From Eledone cirrhosa (taxonomy: Eukaryota), in contig OZ024740.1 in assembly GCA_964016885.1 (NCBI GenBank), positions 240,808,001-240,872,000 on the forward strand: 64,000 bases of DNA, written 5' to 3'. The translations under genes were made by a program, and so were the position numbers. The notes under the pieces were generated by a model that saw only the letters and a program-made list of their open reading frames with translations, had not been told where the DNA came from and did no database searches. Positions 23,029 to 36,636 of the stretch are shown piece after piece (the stretch's first letter is position 1; the number at the start of each line of letters is the position of its first letter).

Positions 23029-26000
23029 TGTAGCAAGCTACTTCCCTTTGGCGCATTTGTAAACTATTCGTGCGTGATTTGGCTAAGTCAGGCCAATCGT
23101 GAGCCGCGCACGAATATATTTTACCAACTTCCGCCTAAACTGAGATTTTCCTGCTTTCTTTCGATATACTGTCTCTTGCAGCTTTGATCATAGAAGGTAA
23201 ACACCATTTTTCTTTTGCCGTGCAATCACTAGTCAATATGTAAAGACAACAACATAACTGCGACCTGGCCAGCACCTCAGCCAGTCGACTGTACCTTCTA
23301 AACTCTTAATTTGTTTATTCCTTTGTTTGGCATGCCAGCTCAACCTTTGTAATCGGTTTGAAAATAAATTATGTAAAAACATTGTAAAGTCTTGTGATAC
23401 TATTACCATAGCCATAGCCTTTAAATGCGATATGGAAATATCCTTTTCAGAGTTATTATCACTGCAGCAACAGAACCTGGGACTTACAGCCGAACCTCCA
23501 CTAACATTGCCATATAACAAAACGTTACATTTATTGATATAACAAAACCATACCTTTCTTGCTACAACACAAATACATATGTAGCGGCCCCTTACGGCTG
23601 TAACTCAGCACGTATAGCAGTTGCGTCCCTTTGCGACGGTCGCGATTCCCAGTGGCAGATACGTATAGGAGTTGCGTCCCTTTGTGACGGTCGCGACTCC
23701 CAGTGGCAGATCCATGTACTAAATGGAGTTGCGTCCCCCTGGGGACTATATATTTGAGGACATCAAGGCAGTAACTCTCTCACTTCCTGCACCGGCAGCC
23801 GAAAGGACCACTTGAACCTTACCAAGAGAAGATTTCTGTTCTTCTCTACACACTCCAGTCTGGGAGTTGTGACCAACTGACCATCAACATGTGGTAAAAA
23901 TTATTTCTATTAATTTATTTGACTTCTGTGAAGTAAAACCATGTCACAGCACTCACCTGCATTTATTGTCATTCTTAATAATATATATACACTGATACTA
24001 ACATTCTAAATTGGTGACCTGATGTTTAAAAAAAAAAAGAAGAATGGGGAACGGTACCATGTGTATATAACAAAAAAAAGAGAAAGAAAAAAACATTTAA
24101 TACAGAACAACACGCTTCATTCCGATCTGGCTGTATTTTACTGATTTCAGCATCTTTATCTGTAACTTTTAACAATCAAACTCCTCATATGTGCAAAGCG
24201 AACATTCCATTTATTTACACACAAACACAAAAAAAAGATAACATTATATTGCCTCTAGTTTTCTAGCAAAACAACAATTGTATGAATGTTTTTTCTTCTT
24301 TTCTTCTTTTCTCTGGCTAAAATTTTTGAGGATGACTAGATGGCGGCTTTCTTCTCCATCAATAGTGTTTTTGGCGCGAAATCGTCCGCCATATTGGTTT
24401 TAGTTTTAAATTCCTTGCCTATACATTGTTAATGACATCGCTCGGTTAGTCGCTCCTTTGCATGTTGTCTCGGGTGCATTCTTTTTCCTGTTCAGTTGTT
24501 TGACTTGACAGAGAAAAACAAGCGATTTTGTTTTCCTTTTCCCTCGTGTTGGAGAGATTTTTCCAAACGGAGACGATTTTGTTTTTGCAGATTACCTACG
24601 GTATACCAATGGCATCTCACTCAGCCATTATGGCGATGCAGAAATCCATTCAGGAACTGATCCTGGAGCTCCAGAAGATGAAGGTCTGGTGTGGTGCCCG
24701 TTCGCGCTCGCGCAGGAGATCTCACTCTTTTAGACGCCGCCCCAAGTCACCAGCTTCATCTTTATGCTGGTACCATGAGCGATATGCCGAGAGCGCGAAC
24801 CACTGCGTGCAACCTTGCTCGTTTCATAAGGCGGGAAACGCCAAAGAGGTTCGCTGATGGGGACAGTTGACCTCAACATAAAGCCACCAAACCGCCATTT
24901 CTTCATTAAGGACTTTATGTCGGGAAGAGGTTTCCTCGTGGATACAGGAGCCTCCTGTAGTATTTGGCTGGTCCATTGCCTGAAAGATACCCCCGTGGAG
25001 TCATCCGTTACTCTGCAGGCCGTTAATCACTCGTCTATAAAGACGTACGGACAAATCTCGCTTCCTCTCAAATTCCTAAATCTTCGTAGGGATTTAAGTG
25101 GATTTTTACGGTTGCCGATTTGCCATACCCTATCTTAGGAGCGTATTTCCTCCACAACTTCTCTTTGACTGTGGACGTCCGTGGCCAACGCCTGGTGGAT
25201 GACATCACCGGTTTTTCAATTCGTGGCCGGAAAGCCAATGTTCCAACAGTCAGCCCCATATTCTTCATCGCTGCCGCTGGAGACGCCTACCATTCGTTGT
25301 TAGGTTCTTTCCCGGATCTCACCGATGGAAATTTTCGAGTCACTGAGCCAACACACTCAACTGAACATTTCATTTCCACCACCAGTGCTCCAGTGTTTTC
25401 GCGTCCACGCCGCTTACCGGCGGAAAAATTAAAGGCAGCATGGTCCGAGTTCGACCATATGCTGCAGCTGGGCATTATTCTCCCATCTACGAGTCCTTGG
25501 GCTTCACCGTTACACATGGTGCCCAAGACTTCTGGCGACTGGAGACCCACTGGGGATTATAGGAGGTTAAATGCTATGACCGTCCCGGATAGGTATCTCA
25601 TCTCCAGGATTTTGCATCTTCATTGCAGGGGTGTAAGATTTTCTCAAAACTAGATTTAGTGCGAGCCTACCACCAAATTCCGGTCAGGAAGGAGGATATT
25701 CCGAAAACGGCGATTACAACTCCTTTCGGATCCTTCGAATTTTTGACCATGCCTTTCGGACTCAGGAACGCCGCTAGCACTTTTCAGCGGTTTATAGACG
25801 AAGTCACTTGTGGTCTGGACTTCGTTTATGCATACATAGACGATCTTCTCGTCGCTAGTTTCTCGCCGGAAGAGCATATGCGCCACATGCATCTCTTATT
25901 TCGCCGACTTCAGGATTACCGCGTTCGTGTGAATCCCGCAAAGTGTGTTTTCGGTTCCACTTCGCTAAATTTTTTAGGCCACCTCATCGACGCCGAAGGT

Positions 26001-28687
26001 ATTAGGCCGCTTCCCCAGCGAGTTCAAGCCATACAGGATTTACCTCCGCCTACTACACTTCACCAGTTGCGTCACTTCTTAGGCCTAATCAATTCTATAG
26101 GCGTTTCGTTCCTCATTGTGCTAATTTGCTATCTTCCCTTACTGACATTTTCAAAAATTGTCGTAAGAAGAATGAGGATATTTCCTTGACACAAGGACAG
26201 CTTAAAGACTTCCAGACTGCCAAGACAGCACTCGCTAGTTCATCTTTGCTCGCCCACCCGGTACCAGAGGCCAAGCTTTCGCTTTGTGTTGATGCATCTG
26301 ATACCGCTGTGGGAGCAGTTTTACAGCAGTACAACGCTGGAAACCAACAACCTTTGGCATTTTTCTCAAGGAAGCTGAAACCAGCAGAAACGCGTTACAG
26401 CACGTTTGGGCGGGAATTATTAGCCATATTTCTGTCGGTGAAACATTTCTCTCATATTCTTGAGGGGAGAAATTTTACTGTTTTAACTGACCACAAACCT
26501 CTGACCTTCGCTTTGAGGGCTAAAGCCGACAGATATTCGCCCAGAGAGACAAGGCACCTGGATTACGTTTCGCAATTTACAAATGATATCCAGCACATTG
26601 CTGGCTCGCTTAACTTAGCTGCAGACGCATTGTCACGTTTGCCAATCAGCTCCATCTCGTCATCCCAGGAGATCGACTTAAGTCGTTTAGTTGCAGACCA
26701 ACCTGTACTCTTTCTGCCGAGTTTGCGACTTGCATCTTCAAATATCTGCCCTTGTCGACCACCGACAGACAGATTCTATGTGATGTATCTACGGATTCAC
26801 CACGACCATATGTTCCTGAGACTCACCGTCGAATTGTGTTCCTTGCTTTGCACAGCATTTCTCACCCAGGAATTTCTGCCACAGTAAAGCTTATAACTAC
26901 TAGATTTTTCTGGCCCAATATGAGGTGAGAAATTACTGTCTGGTCCCGTTCCTGCACACAGTGTCAGAGATCATCCGGACTCCACTTGGTACTTTCAGTA
27001 CTCCAGATGCTCGGTTTCAACACATCCACATTGATATCGTTGGACCTTGGCCATTTAGTAGTGGATATTCGTACCTCTTGACCTGTATCGGTCGTTTTTC
27101 GCGATGGCCTGAAGCCACTCCCTTAAAAGATATTACTGCTGAGACTGTAGCGCGTGCCCTGGTATCAGGGTGGATTACCCGCTTTGGGGTACCAACTACA
27201 GTCACCACAGACCGTGGTAGACAATTTGAGTCTCATCTTTTCTCTGAGCTGACAAAGATCATTGGTGCTTAACGGATTCGGACCACAGCTTATCATCCTG
27301 CTTCGAACGGAATGGTGGAACGATTCCACCGCCAATTAAAGGCCGCTCTTCGCGCCTATCCAGACTCTCAACGTTGGAGCGAGTACCTTTCTATTGTGTT
27401 GTTAGGAATTCGGTCATCAATAAAGGAGGACCTTGGGTTCTCCCCGGCTGAATTACTGTATGGTGCTCCTCTAGCGTTGCCTGGGCAAATGCTTGCCTCT
27501 GTTGATCTTGCTTTTCAGGACCCTCTTTCCTACGTATCTCGTTTGCGCTCCTATTTTCAGGACTTACCGCCCATGAATACTAGGAAACAAACTATTAAAG
27601 CTGCAGTCCCGAGGGATATTGCCTCGTGGACCCATGTATTCGTCAGAAACGATGCGGTTACTTCACCCCTCACACAACCGTACTCTGGACCCTACCGTGT
27701 GTTAGCACGTACTGACAAACATTTCACTGTAGACATTAAGGGGTCCAGAGAGACAATTTCGGTGGATAGACTAAAAAGGGCATAAATGACGCTCATACAC
27801 CCGAGCCACAAATACCCCAATCTTTCTCTCTTGTGCATACACCTGCTCCTTCTGCCCCACCTTCACCTACATACAAGACCACGACCCGTTCCGGTCGAAG
27901 AGTCCACTGGCCCAAAAATCTCTGCCAAACTGTTTTCATGTGAACTGGCCACTGGAGCCTTTTTTTGGTTTTCTCTTTCTTGTATTACTATGTATACATG
28001 TACCTTTTCGTTACTATTTCATGCCTGATTTATACATGTACCTTTGCGTTAATATTTCATGCCTGTGCTGGGAGCCCATGCTTGTGGGTTCGCTACAGTT
28101 ACCTTCGGGCTTTTCGCCTATCGTCTGGAGGAGGGCATTGTAGCGGCCCCTTACGGCTGTAACTCAGCACGTATAGCAGCTGCGTCCCTTTGCGACGGTC
28201 GCGACTTCCAGTGGCAGATACGTATAGGAGTTGCGTCTCTTTGTGACGGTCGCGACTCCCAGTGGCAGATCCATGTACTAAATGGAGTTGCGTCCCCCTG
28301 GGGACTATATATTTGAGGACATCAAGGCAGTAACTCTCTCACTTCCTGCACCGACAGCCGAAAGGACCACTTGAAACTTACCAAGAGAAGATTTCTGTTC
28401 TTCTCTACACACTCGAGTCTGGGGGTGTGTAAAAATTATTTCTATTAATTTATTTGACTTCTGTGAAGTAAAATCATGTCACAACACTCACATGCATTTA
28501 TCGTCATTCTTAATAATATATATACACTGATACTAACATCCTAAATATATCAACATTATTATTGTCGTTATTAATATTACATGGCATAATATTATTTTTC
28601 TGCTAAACTGGTAACAATTAATTAAACTGCTATATTGGTGACCCCTGTTAATACACATATTATTATCATTATTTATATCCTGCTAAA
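23029..28687 (+). mobile_element. Solo LTR (23029-23579 plus 28546-28687) split by a nested Gypsy element
   Basis: AACA|TGTAGCA ... TGCTAAA|AACA gives a 4-bp TSD. It resembles the LTRs of 30670-33002. Confidence 0.7.
23580..28545 (+). mobile_element. Ty3/Gypsy retrotransposon, CsRn1 lineage, degenerate
   Basis: LTRs 23580-24010 and 28139-28545, PBS TGGTGACC, PPT GGAGGAGGG. Gag remnant CWYH-X9-C-X3-C, protease FLVDTGAS, RT YIDD, RNase H DAS/TDH, integrase TDRG and GPY. Frameshifted; flanks are CATA/TATA. Confidence 0.95.
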
Positions 28688-28834
28688 AACACATCGGAGT
28701 TGTATTTCCTAATCGATCATATAATAGTTAAAATTTCTTATTTTTTAAAAATGGTTATACGATGGAAATGCTGGGAAGTAATGTTATGTAAGTAATCATA
28801 ATTATACCTTTGAATCGTTTACAAAATAATGAAC

Positions 28835-28835
<1 letters not shown>

Positions 28836-28865
<30 letters not shown>

Positions 28866-30500
28866 CTTCTTCTTCTTCTTCTTCTTCTTCTTCTTCTTCT
28901 TCTTCTTCTTCTTCTTCTTCTTCTCATGATACCACCTCCAACCCGGTTGCACATGTTAATCCTGTTCATAAAGATAATGAACAAGAGAGGTAAGAGTACG
29001 CACCCTTAGCGGAGTCCTACTCCCACATTGAATGATTTCCATTTAGCACAAATACCCAGGCATTCGTAATGAGACATTTTAGAAACGAAGCTGTCCACTG
29101 GCCCCATGCTCCTGCAAGAAGTTGACATTCAATCCCATACTCCTGCACAGCCTTCCACAGCAGGTCCCGAGGAACACGGTCATAGGCCTTTTCGAGGTCT
29201 ACAAAACAAGAATACACCTTTTGGCAGTACTCCCACGATTTCTCAAAGACCTGTTGCAGTGTGAATATTTGGTCATCTGTGCTCCTACATCTCTTTGCCG
29301 GACACTTAGCATAGACTTTACAGGGATACTTAACAAAGAGATCCTTCTATAATTGGAGCAATCTCTCTTATCTTCCTTTTTGAAAATTGAGATTATCATT
29401 CCCGATTGCCATTGCTTAGGTGCCTTTCCATAAATTCAGACCACCCGGTACACACAAATCAGCCAGAGGATATCTGTAGCGAAATCTGTCCACACCTTGA
29501 ATCCTGGGTCACACATAGAAAGGTCAAATTCTAGGTCACCCCTTTTCGGCGTAAACAAGTCTATGCGTGGGCGATCCCTCGAGGCGGGAGACAGGAAGTT
29601 ACAGATATAAATAGCTTGTCTCAGACCGAGCAAAGGCATGCAGAGCAGCAGTTCATGAGAGAATAACTATGTAAAACATATGCTTTCTACAGACCCCTTG
29701 GGGTCTACAAACTTCTACAGACCTTTCTCTCCCTCTCCTGGTCTACAGACTTCTCACCTTCTCTGGTCACAAACTACATCAGCATAACAAAGTAACAACA
29801 AAAACATAGTCAACCCTTATAATTCGTAGTAACCTATTCGTTGTTCTTTTTAACTGAAGTGAAGTAAATTTTATATCAAAAGTAAACCATCTATTTTGTG
29901 TTATTTTCACCTAACAACATTTACTAACCATTGCTTTGCTTCATATCTTCTCTATTTAAGGCTTTTAACATCTCGGGTTGAATTTTATCCTCCCCGGCAA
30001 CCTTGCCCCAGATTATTCATCACTCCTCGTATACATAACAAGATGCTGTTGTGATCGGGTTTAAAAGATTAGCAAAGGATGCACCTCTCTGAAGAGAGGA
30101 GAACCCCAGACGAGTTCCTGATAGCAGGTGATGGGTGTGGAGGAGGACTTCTTATTACGAAGTCGGCGGATGGTCTGCCAGAACACTTTATTTGCTGATC
30201 TGAAGTCGGATTTCAGCTTCACCCCAAAGTCCTCCCATGTCTTATCTTTGGACACCTTTACTGCCTCTGCTGCAACTTTTCGTGCCTGATTGTACTGAGT
30301 ATATGAAAGAGGATTTATTTCCAAACCAAGCTTTCTAAGCCTCCTTCTTTGCTCAGATGGCATCTTTGACCTCTTGATTGAACCAAGGGGTTCTCCTGCC
30401 ATGCGGCGTTACATCATACCAATTTCGCCCGCAGTACTAAACAGCTGAAGCAGAAACTGCTAAACTGAACAGTCTCTCCTCCGTTTCTTTAAAAATACGA
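28836..30500 (-). mobile_element. Degenerate Expander/Rex3-like RTE LINE with long (GAA)n tail
   Basis: FVDLEKAYDRVPR, KEDKRDCSNYRRISLL and FRSANKVFWQTIRRLR; (TTC)n at 28836-28923. Confidence 0.8.
29475..29943 (+). mobile_element. Solo LTR inserted in the LINE
   Basis: TATC|TGTAGCG ... TGCTTCA|TATC. Removing it restores the LINE peptide KALNREDILWL. Confidence 0.8.
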
Positions 30501-30669
30501 TCATCTTATAAGAAATATCCGTATTTCATGTAAAGTGAGACCTATAATTTCAGCCACTTGCTCTAGTAAATATACTCACACTCTGTTAAAAGACTTACCC
30601 TGAGATTTATTTATTGTAAAGGTAAAAGCTGGTATCATGGGTAACTGCCGACGGTTAAGCTGAAAAGAT

Positions 30670-33002
30670 TGTAGTGACCTACATTCCGCGGGATCAAAAA
30701 CATTCTCTGTGCGTGATTTGGTTCAGCTCAGCCAATCAGCGCCAGTAGAAGAGAATGTATGGAAAAATTCCCGCTTGAATTTGAGAAATCACGCTCTCGC
30801 ATCCTGAACTTCGAAGGAACGACACGAACAATATGTAACGGTGAGATTTGCACTTTGGCCTGCCTTGGGCCTGGCACATTCCTTTTGTAACCGTTTTATG
30901 TTTAACTACAATCATACAATTTAACAAACATTACTTTGTGCTACAACAAAATAAACATACAATTTCATCTCACGAACATTCTTCTTGACGTTATTATCAA
31001 GTTTGTCGATATGACTAACATATACTTCTACCAAACTGATTACTCACGGCGCTACTAACCATAACACACTTATTATCTGCTAAATTGGTGACCTGACGCG
31101 AGGAATATTGTAAATACAAAATATTCCTTTTAAAATAAAAAAAAAATTAGCAGTATTTAAAAAAAATTTCGTCACGAGGAAATTTCAAAATGGCTACCAA
31201 CAAGTCCTCCGCAATTATCAACAACATCAGCAGCAGCAACACATGGCTATCACCACTACCATCAGCAGCAACGACAATACATGGTTAACTACTAACCAAC
31301 AACAAGCAATAGCGATGTGGCAGCCTTGAAACTTTACCGACGCAACCACCATACCTTCTGTCTCGTTACCACAGGGACTCGAGAAATTAAGACATCAGTC
31401 TTCTCACCACTATGGCGTCAGACGTGACTTGCATATTGGTGACTCTAGGCTCTTCAACGCTCGACTTCGATTCTATAGAAGATTCACTGTGACTTTGCTT
31501 TAATAAAAACAACAACAACAACTCTACTAGCTTCCTAGTAAGAGCGATCCCAAAGAAATTTCAAAGAAAAGAAAAAGCGAACTTTGTTTTAAGAAACAAT
31601 TATTTCTTTCTTTCTCTTTTTACAGGCAATGTTCGGACATTTATTCTTTTAGAACTGCATTATATGAAAATTCATTTTTTTTATCATTGTATATATGACT
31701 GCATCATTTTCTTTATCATTGTATATATGACTGCACCCACACATTCTTTGCTGTATTACATGCCTGCATATGCACACACATTTCTTTGACACACACCAAC
31801 ATGTTGCTCTTAGTATATGTTCTTCAAACGTAATATTCTGCGAGATCCCTTTTCATCTGGTTGAGGTGCCGACACATGCTAGCTACTCATAGAGCTTAGT
31901 TCACCTGGACTCAAACAGGCACCGCAACACGAGAACTGCTAATTGCAGCTGGATTCAAACAGCTTTGCATCTCGTTGTACACTCATCGTCCTATAGCATA
32001 ACAACCTCCATCTTGTTACTTAACCCGACTCACTGGGAAAACAACAAATGAAACTGGACCTGTCAGCATTTCCACCATTTCTCCTATGGATTCGCCAGAG
32101 TTATGGAATTTACATTTCAACTACTACCCACCTACAGATTCAACTTGCTTTTTTCTTTTCAAAGCAACCAGCCATTTTTTCCTGGCTGCCTAGCACTTTC
32201 GGCAATACATCTGGGAGGCCGAAATTTTCTACCCTACCCATCATCTTCTTGCCAGCACTGGTAAACTACCATAATAGCTTCACCCACAGCTACTGGTACA
32301 ACACTTACCATTAACATTTAATGCAAGAACAGCAACTTCGTCCTTGTCAGACTTTATCCGTTTTCTGTTAGACTCCTGGTGGTCACATATAAACTACAAA
32401 ACAGCTAGTCATTTGACACAGCGGCTCAACACGGCCCTTAGCGCCCCATTTTTCTTCTTGCATGCATTCTGCTGTTCAATTATTTTTTCACTGATGTGCT
32501 CTTTCAGCTGCTGATTCAATAATCTGTATCGTCTTACGACTAGAGGGAGAGTATTGTAGTGACCTACATTCCACGGGCTCGCATACATTCTCTGTGCGTG
32601 ATTTGGCTCAGCTCAGCCAATCAGCGCCAGTAGAAGAGAATGTATCCCTACGCGCCCTGAGGGAAAAATTTCCGCTTGAATTTGAGAAATCACGCTCTCG
32701 CATTCTGAACTTCGAAGGAACGACACGAACAATATGATGTAACGGTGAGATTTGCACTTTGGCCTGCCTTGGGCCTGGCACATTCCTTTTGTAACCTTTT
32801 TATGTTTAACTACAATCATACAATTTAACAAACATTACTTTGTGCTACAACAAAATTAAACATACAATTTCATCTCACGAATATTCTTCTTGTTGACGTT
32901 ATTATCAAGTTACACGTTTGTCGATATGACTAACATATACTTCTACCAAATTGATTACTCGCGGTGCTACTAACCATAACATACTACTTATTATCTGCTA
33001 AA
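30670..33002 (+). mobile_element. Non-autonomous, non-coding LTR element (CsRn1-type signals)
   Basis: LTRs 30670-31084 and 32555-33002, AGAT TSD, PBS TGGTGACC at 31086, PPT AGAGGGAGAG, and a ~1.47-kb interior with no recognisable gag/pol. Confidence 0.9.
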
Positions 33003-33479
33003 AGATAATCTCATTTCAGTAGGGGTCAAAACAATTCTTGCTGCATGAAGAAAGTGAATGTAAGTTTCTTTAAGGATGACTCGTTTTAAATTTAGTAAGC
33101 CATTTTGTAATTTTAAGTTACGTACTATCTTATATTTAATGATTGACGAACTGCGAGACTGTCCATTTATTATTTTACATCACGTTATTAAAATAAGTTG
33201 GATTACTTTCAATAAATCATGAATGAATAGTATGTAATGTATCTACTAAATTTCTTAGCTCTTGAATAAACATAAATAATCTTATATATAATATATTGCT
33301 TATTTAAAGATTCATTTCTGTTAAAACTTTCAAATGTCAACTTCCATTAGCGTTTATATTATAACATTTCGCCGTAATCACTGTCGTCTATTTTTAATGT
33401 ATCATGGATTACTTTACTGATTACAGAAGAAAGTGTAACACAGTCTTTGTTCAATTTATGTGCATGTTGTCGACAGTAT

Positions 33480-34150
33480 CATCAATTTACTTTTCAATTC
33501 TAGTTGTTGCAAATAGAAGAATTGTCTGACCTCTCTTATGTATGAAACTCACCAGTGTATTGTAAATGTAGTTTTTATCCAGTTCCCCCCAAGTTCACAA
33601 AAAACAACAAAACAAACAAACAAACAATTGTTGGTTTCGTCAATATGAAAGGGACAGACTATTCTCCCCAATGTTGTTTTCTGTCTCGAATTTTCTGACT
33701 ATTCTCTCTTCAGCTTCTGATTGTTCTTTCAGTATATTTCTTTGGTGATCACAATTAGCTATATGACATGGATCTGGAAGGCCAAATATTGTACAACTAA
33801 GACTATTATACATTTGCAATATCAAATAAAAATCTCTCTTGAGTAGATTTGTTTGAAAGTGTTCAATGAATGCAGTTTTATACTGCTTATACAGCTCTAC
33901 AAGAAAATGTCATTAACTTTAAACATAATTGTTAGCCCTGAATATTTTCGTTAACATTGAAAATCCACATTAACTCTCAATATTTTTTATACACGTTTTC
34001 CATTGAACATGCTTGTGAACCTTGAACATCATTAACTGCGAATACTCCTGATAATCTTGAACATTTTTTAACATATTCTCTATGATGTAGACATATATAA
34101 TTCTTACTCCAAGAAAGGAAACTATTGATGTTCTTTTCAAACCATGAATA
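33480..34150 (-). pseudogene. Helitron RepHel / Pif1-type helicase remnant
   Basis: ELYKQYKTAFIEHF...IFGLPDP followed, across a frameshift, by GGTGKNYIYNTLVSFIHKRGQTILLFATT (Pif1 motifs I and Ia). Confidence 0.6.
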
Positions 34151-34246
34151 ATAAAGATCTATATTATAATTCTATTTGTTCATTTGTTTGAGCGTTACGC
34201 TTTAGTTAGTTAGAGGTGGAGGTGGAGTGAGAGTGAAAGAGAGAGA

Positions 34247-34296
<50 letters not shown>

Positions 34297-34473
34297 GTAA
34301 TGAGAGAGTGGCGGAGTGAGAGAGATGTGTTCGATAAAATTGAGAGAAAGAGAAAAAGATGATCGCACAGTTAAAGTGGCAATAGGAGAATGAACAAACA
34401 ACTGAAGCTGGGGAAAATACTCTGTAGAGTATGTTGTTTTTATTTTTTACTCACTCTTTAACTCTTCCCTTTC

Positions 34474-35122
34474 TTCATTTGATTGATTATGGCTCTGGAT
34501 AATGTCTATTGAGCTTGATTATTGAGAAACATAAAATTCTAACATATTTGATATGTTGTGATCTATTACATTTGAACAGCTCCAAATGTCTTAACCTGTT
34601 GAGTTAGAGTGACTATAATTTCTGCACCTATCTCTAGCGGAAATAACGTTCTATTACCTTGGGGTTTACCATGCGGTCCTCAGCATGATGGTAACGTTAG
34701 ATATCTCTATGGATATTAGCAAGTTTATTGTCTCATGTACCATATTGATTTTATATTTCTCTTCGAATGCTGAGACCTCTGGCGAGTATTCTGAGTCTCC
34801 TGTGGTTTAATTATAACCGATAGTTTGTCTTCGATGATCGATTACAAAGATCGATTTTGAATTACACTCTACAGAATATGAAATAGCTCTATGAGGTCTC
34901 TAATGATTCCATATTGAGTACATATTCTTCTTTGGAATATGTATTTAGCATATATACAATATACTGTGTTTCCTCTACGATGTATGGTTCTTTCTCTCTC
35001 TATATATACATATATCTTTTTCATTTGATTTATTATGGCTCTGGATAATCTCTATTGAGCTTGATTATTGAGAAACACAAAATTAATTCTAACATATTTG
35101 ATGTTTTGATTCATTACATCTG
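34474..35122. repeat. ~100-bp direct repeat pair (34474-34574 and 35020-35122)
   Basis: Shared TTATGGCTCTGGATAAT.TCTATTGAGCTTGATTATTGAGAAACA. Confidence 0.8.
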
Positions 35123-35141
35123 TATATATATATAATAATAA

Positions 35142-35330
35142 TAATTGTTTCTACTTTTGGCACAAGGCCAGCAATAATCCCAGTGCATTACTGGTACTTT
35201 ATTTTATCGACCCTGTAAGGATGAAAGGCAAAGTTAACCTCGGCGGGATTTGAACTCAGAATTACAAGGGCCGTAACTCTATGCGTCAAAGCATGGCGTC
35301 CGACCCTCTACCGATACTGCCAATTCACCG
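35142..35330 (-). mobile_element. tRNA-derived SINE, same family as 11208-11397
   Basis: High identity to the other two copies. Confidence 0.85.
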
Positions 35331-35673
35331 AATAATAATAGGTTACAGTATCGTAAAAGAGGATAGAAAGAAGAGGTATAAAGAGGTGCGATACAGAATT
35401 TTACATGCAAAAGCGGATGCGTAAGTGCTCAATGCTTGGGTTATCAGGGTTAAATATTAGAGAAAGTTAATATTTAGTGTAAAGGTTAAGCAGAGCTGGT
35501 GCTGGTCATAAGTTATACAGTAAACTTTATACTGGCACCAGCAATTACGTCGCTTAGCAACTATACTCCATTCACCGTGTATATATACCCATAACATTTA
35601 AAATTACTATGCATGGCGATGTAAAATTATTATTTTACCCTCTTAGGGTTTGCAATTAAAAACTTTGCTTTTA

Positions 35674-35724
35674 ATATCTGCCTCCGATGAGCCCCCTTGG
35701 GCGAAACACGTGTAAGAGCGATAT
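35674..35724 (+). ncRNA. Minimal hammerhead motif, CCGAUGA core variant
   Basis: atatctgcct-CCGATGA-gccc(cctt)gggc-GAAA-cacgtg-TA-agagcgatat. Confidence 0.6.
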
Positions 35725-35946
35725 AAAGATGTTTTAAGGGCTTGTAACTCTTTCATTCACTAATTCTTTTGCTTATATATATATATATTTATAATATTAT
35801 TCAAAATATTAACAAACGAAAGATATTCATATAATCAAAATATACGTTTTATTATATATATTTCAAAGGTACTGTGTTTTTTTTTTCAGTACGTCTTCAT
35901 CAGATAAAATATATGATTTGATATATGACATACCGCTACGGTCTTG

Positions 35947-36120
<174 letters not shown>

Positions 36121-36325
36121 TTTATATATATATATATATAATATATATAAATGAAAAGTATAGAAATTATTGTAGCAAGAAGCCAACAGCATTCCATAAT
36201 ATATAAGTGACTATAGCGTCAAAATGGGAAAATAGTTAACGTAAGATGTGGGAAAAATAATTCAAACTCAACTCAAAAAGAATCAGGATATAGATTCATC
36301 CAACAGAATTTAGTGAAATCCAGGG

Positions 36326-36402
<77 letters not shown>

Positions 36403-36440
36403 CGTGTGTGTGTTTGTATGTGTGTATAGGTATATATACA

Positions 36441-36485
<45 letters not shown>

Positions 36486-36636
36486 GCATATCGTGAGTAT
36501 TTGTTTATTTTTAAGTTGTTTTTATTTATTCCTGTTTCTAAACTACTGTTCTTTCTGTTTCTAAACTACTTCCCAATGACTCGTACATGTGTATATATGT
36601 ATGTATATGTATGTATATATATATACATACAGTTGG

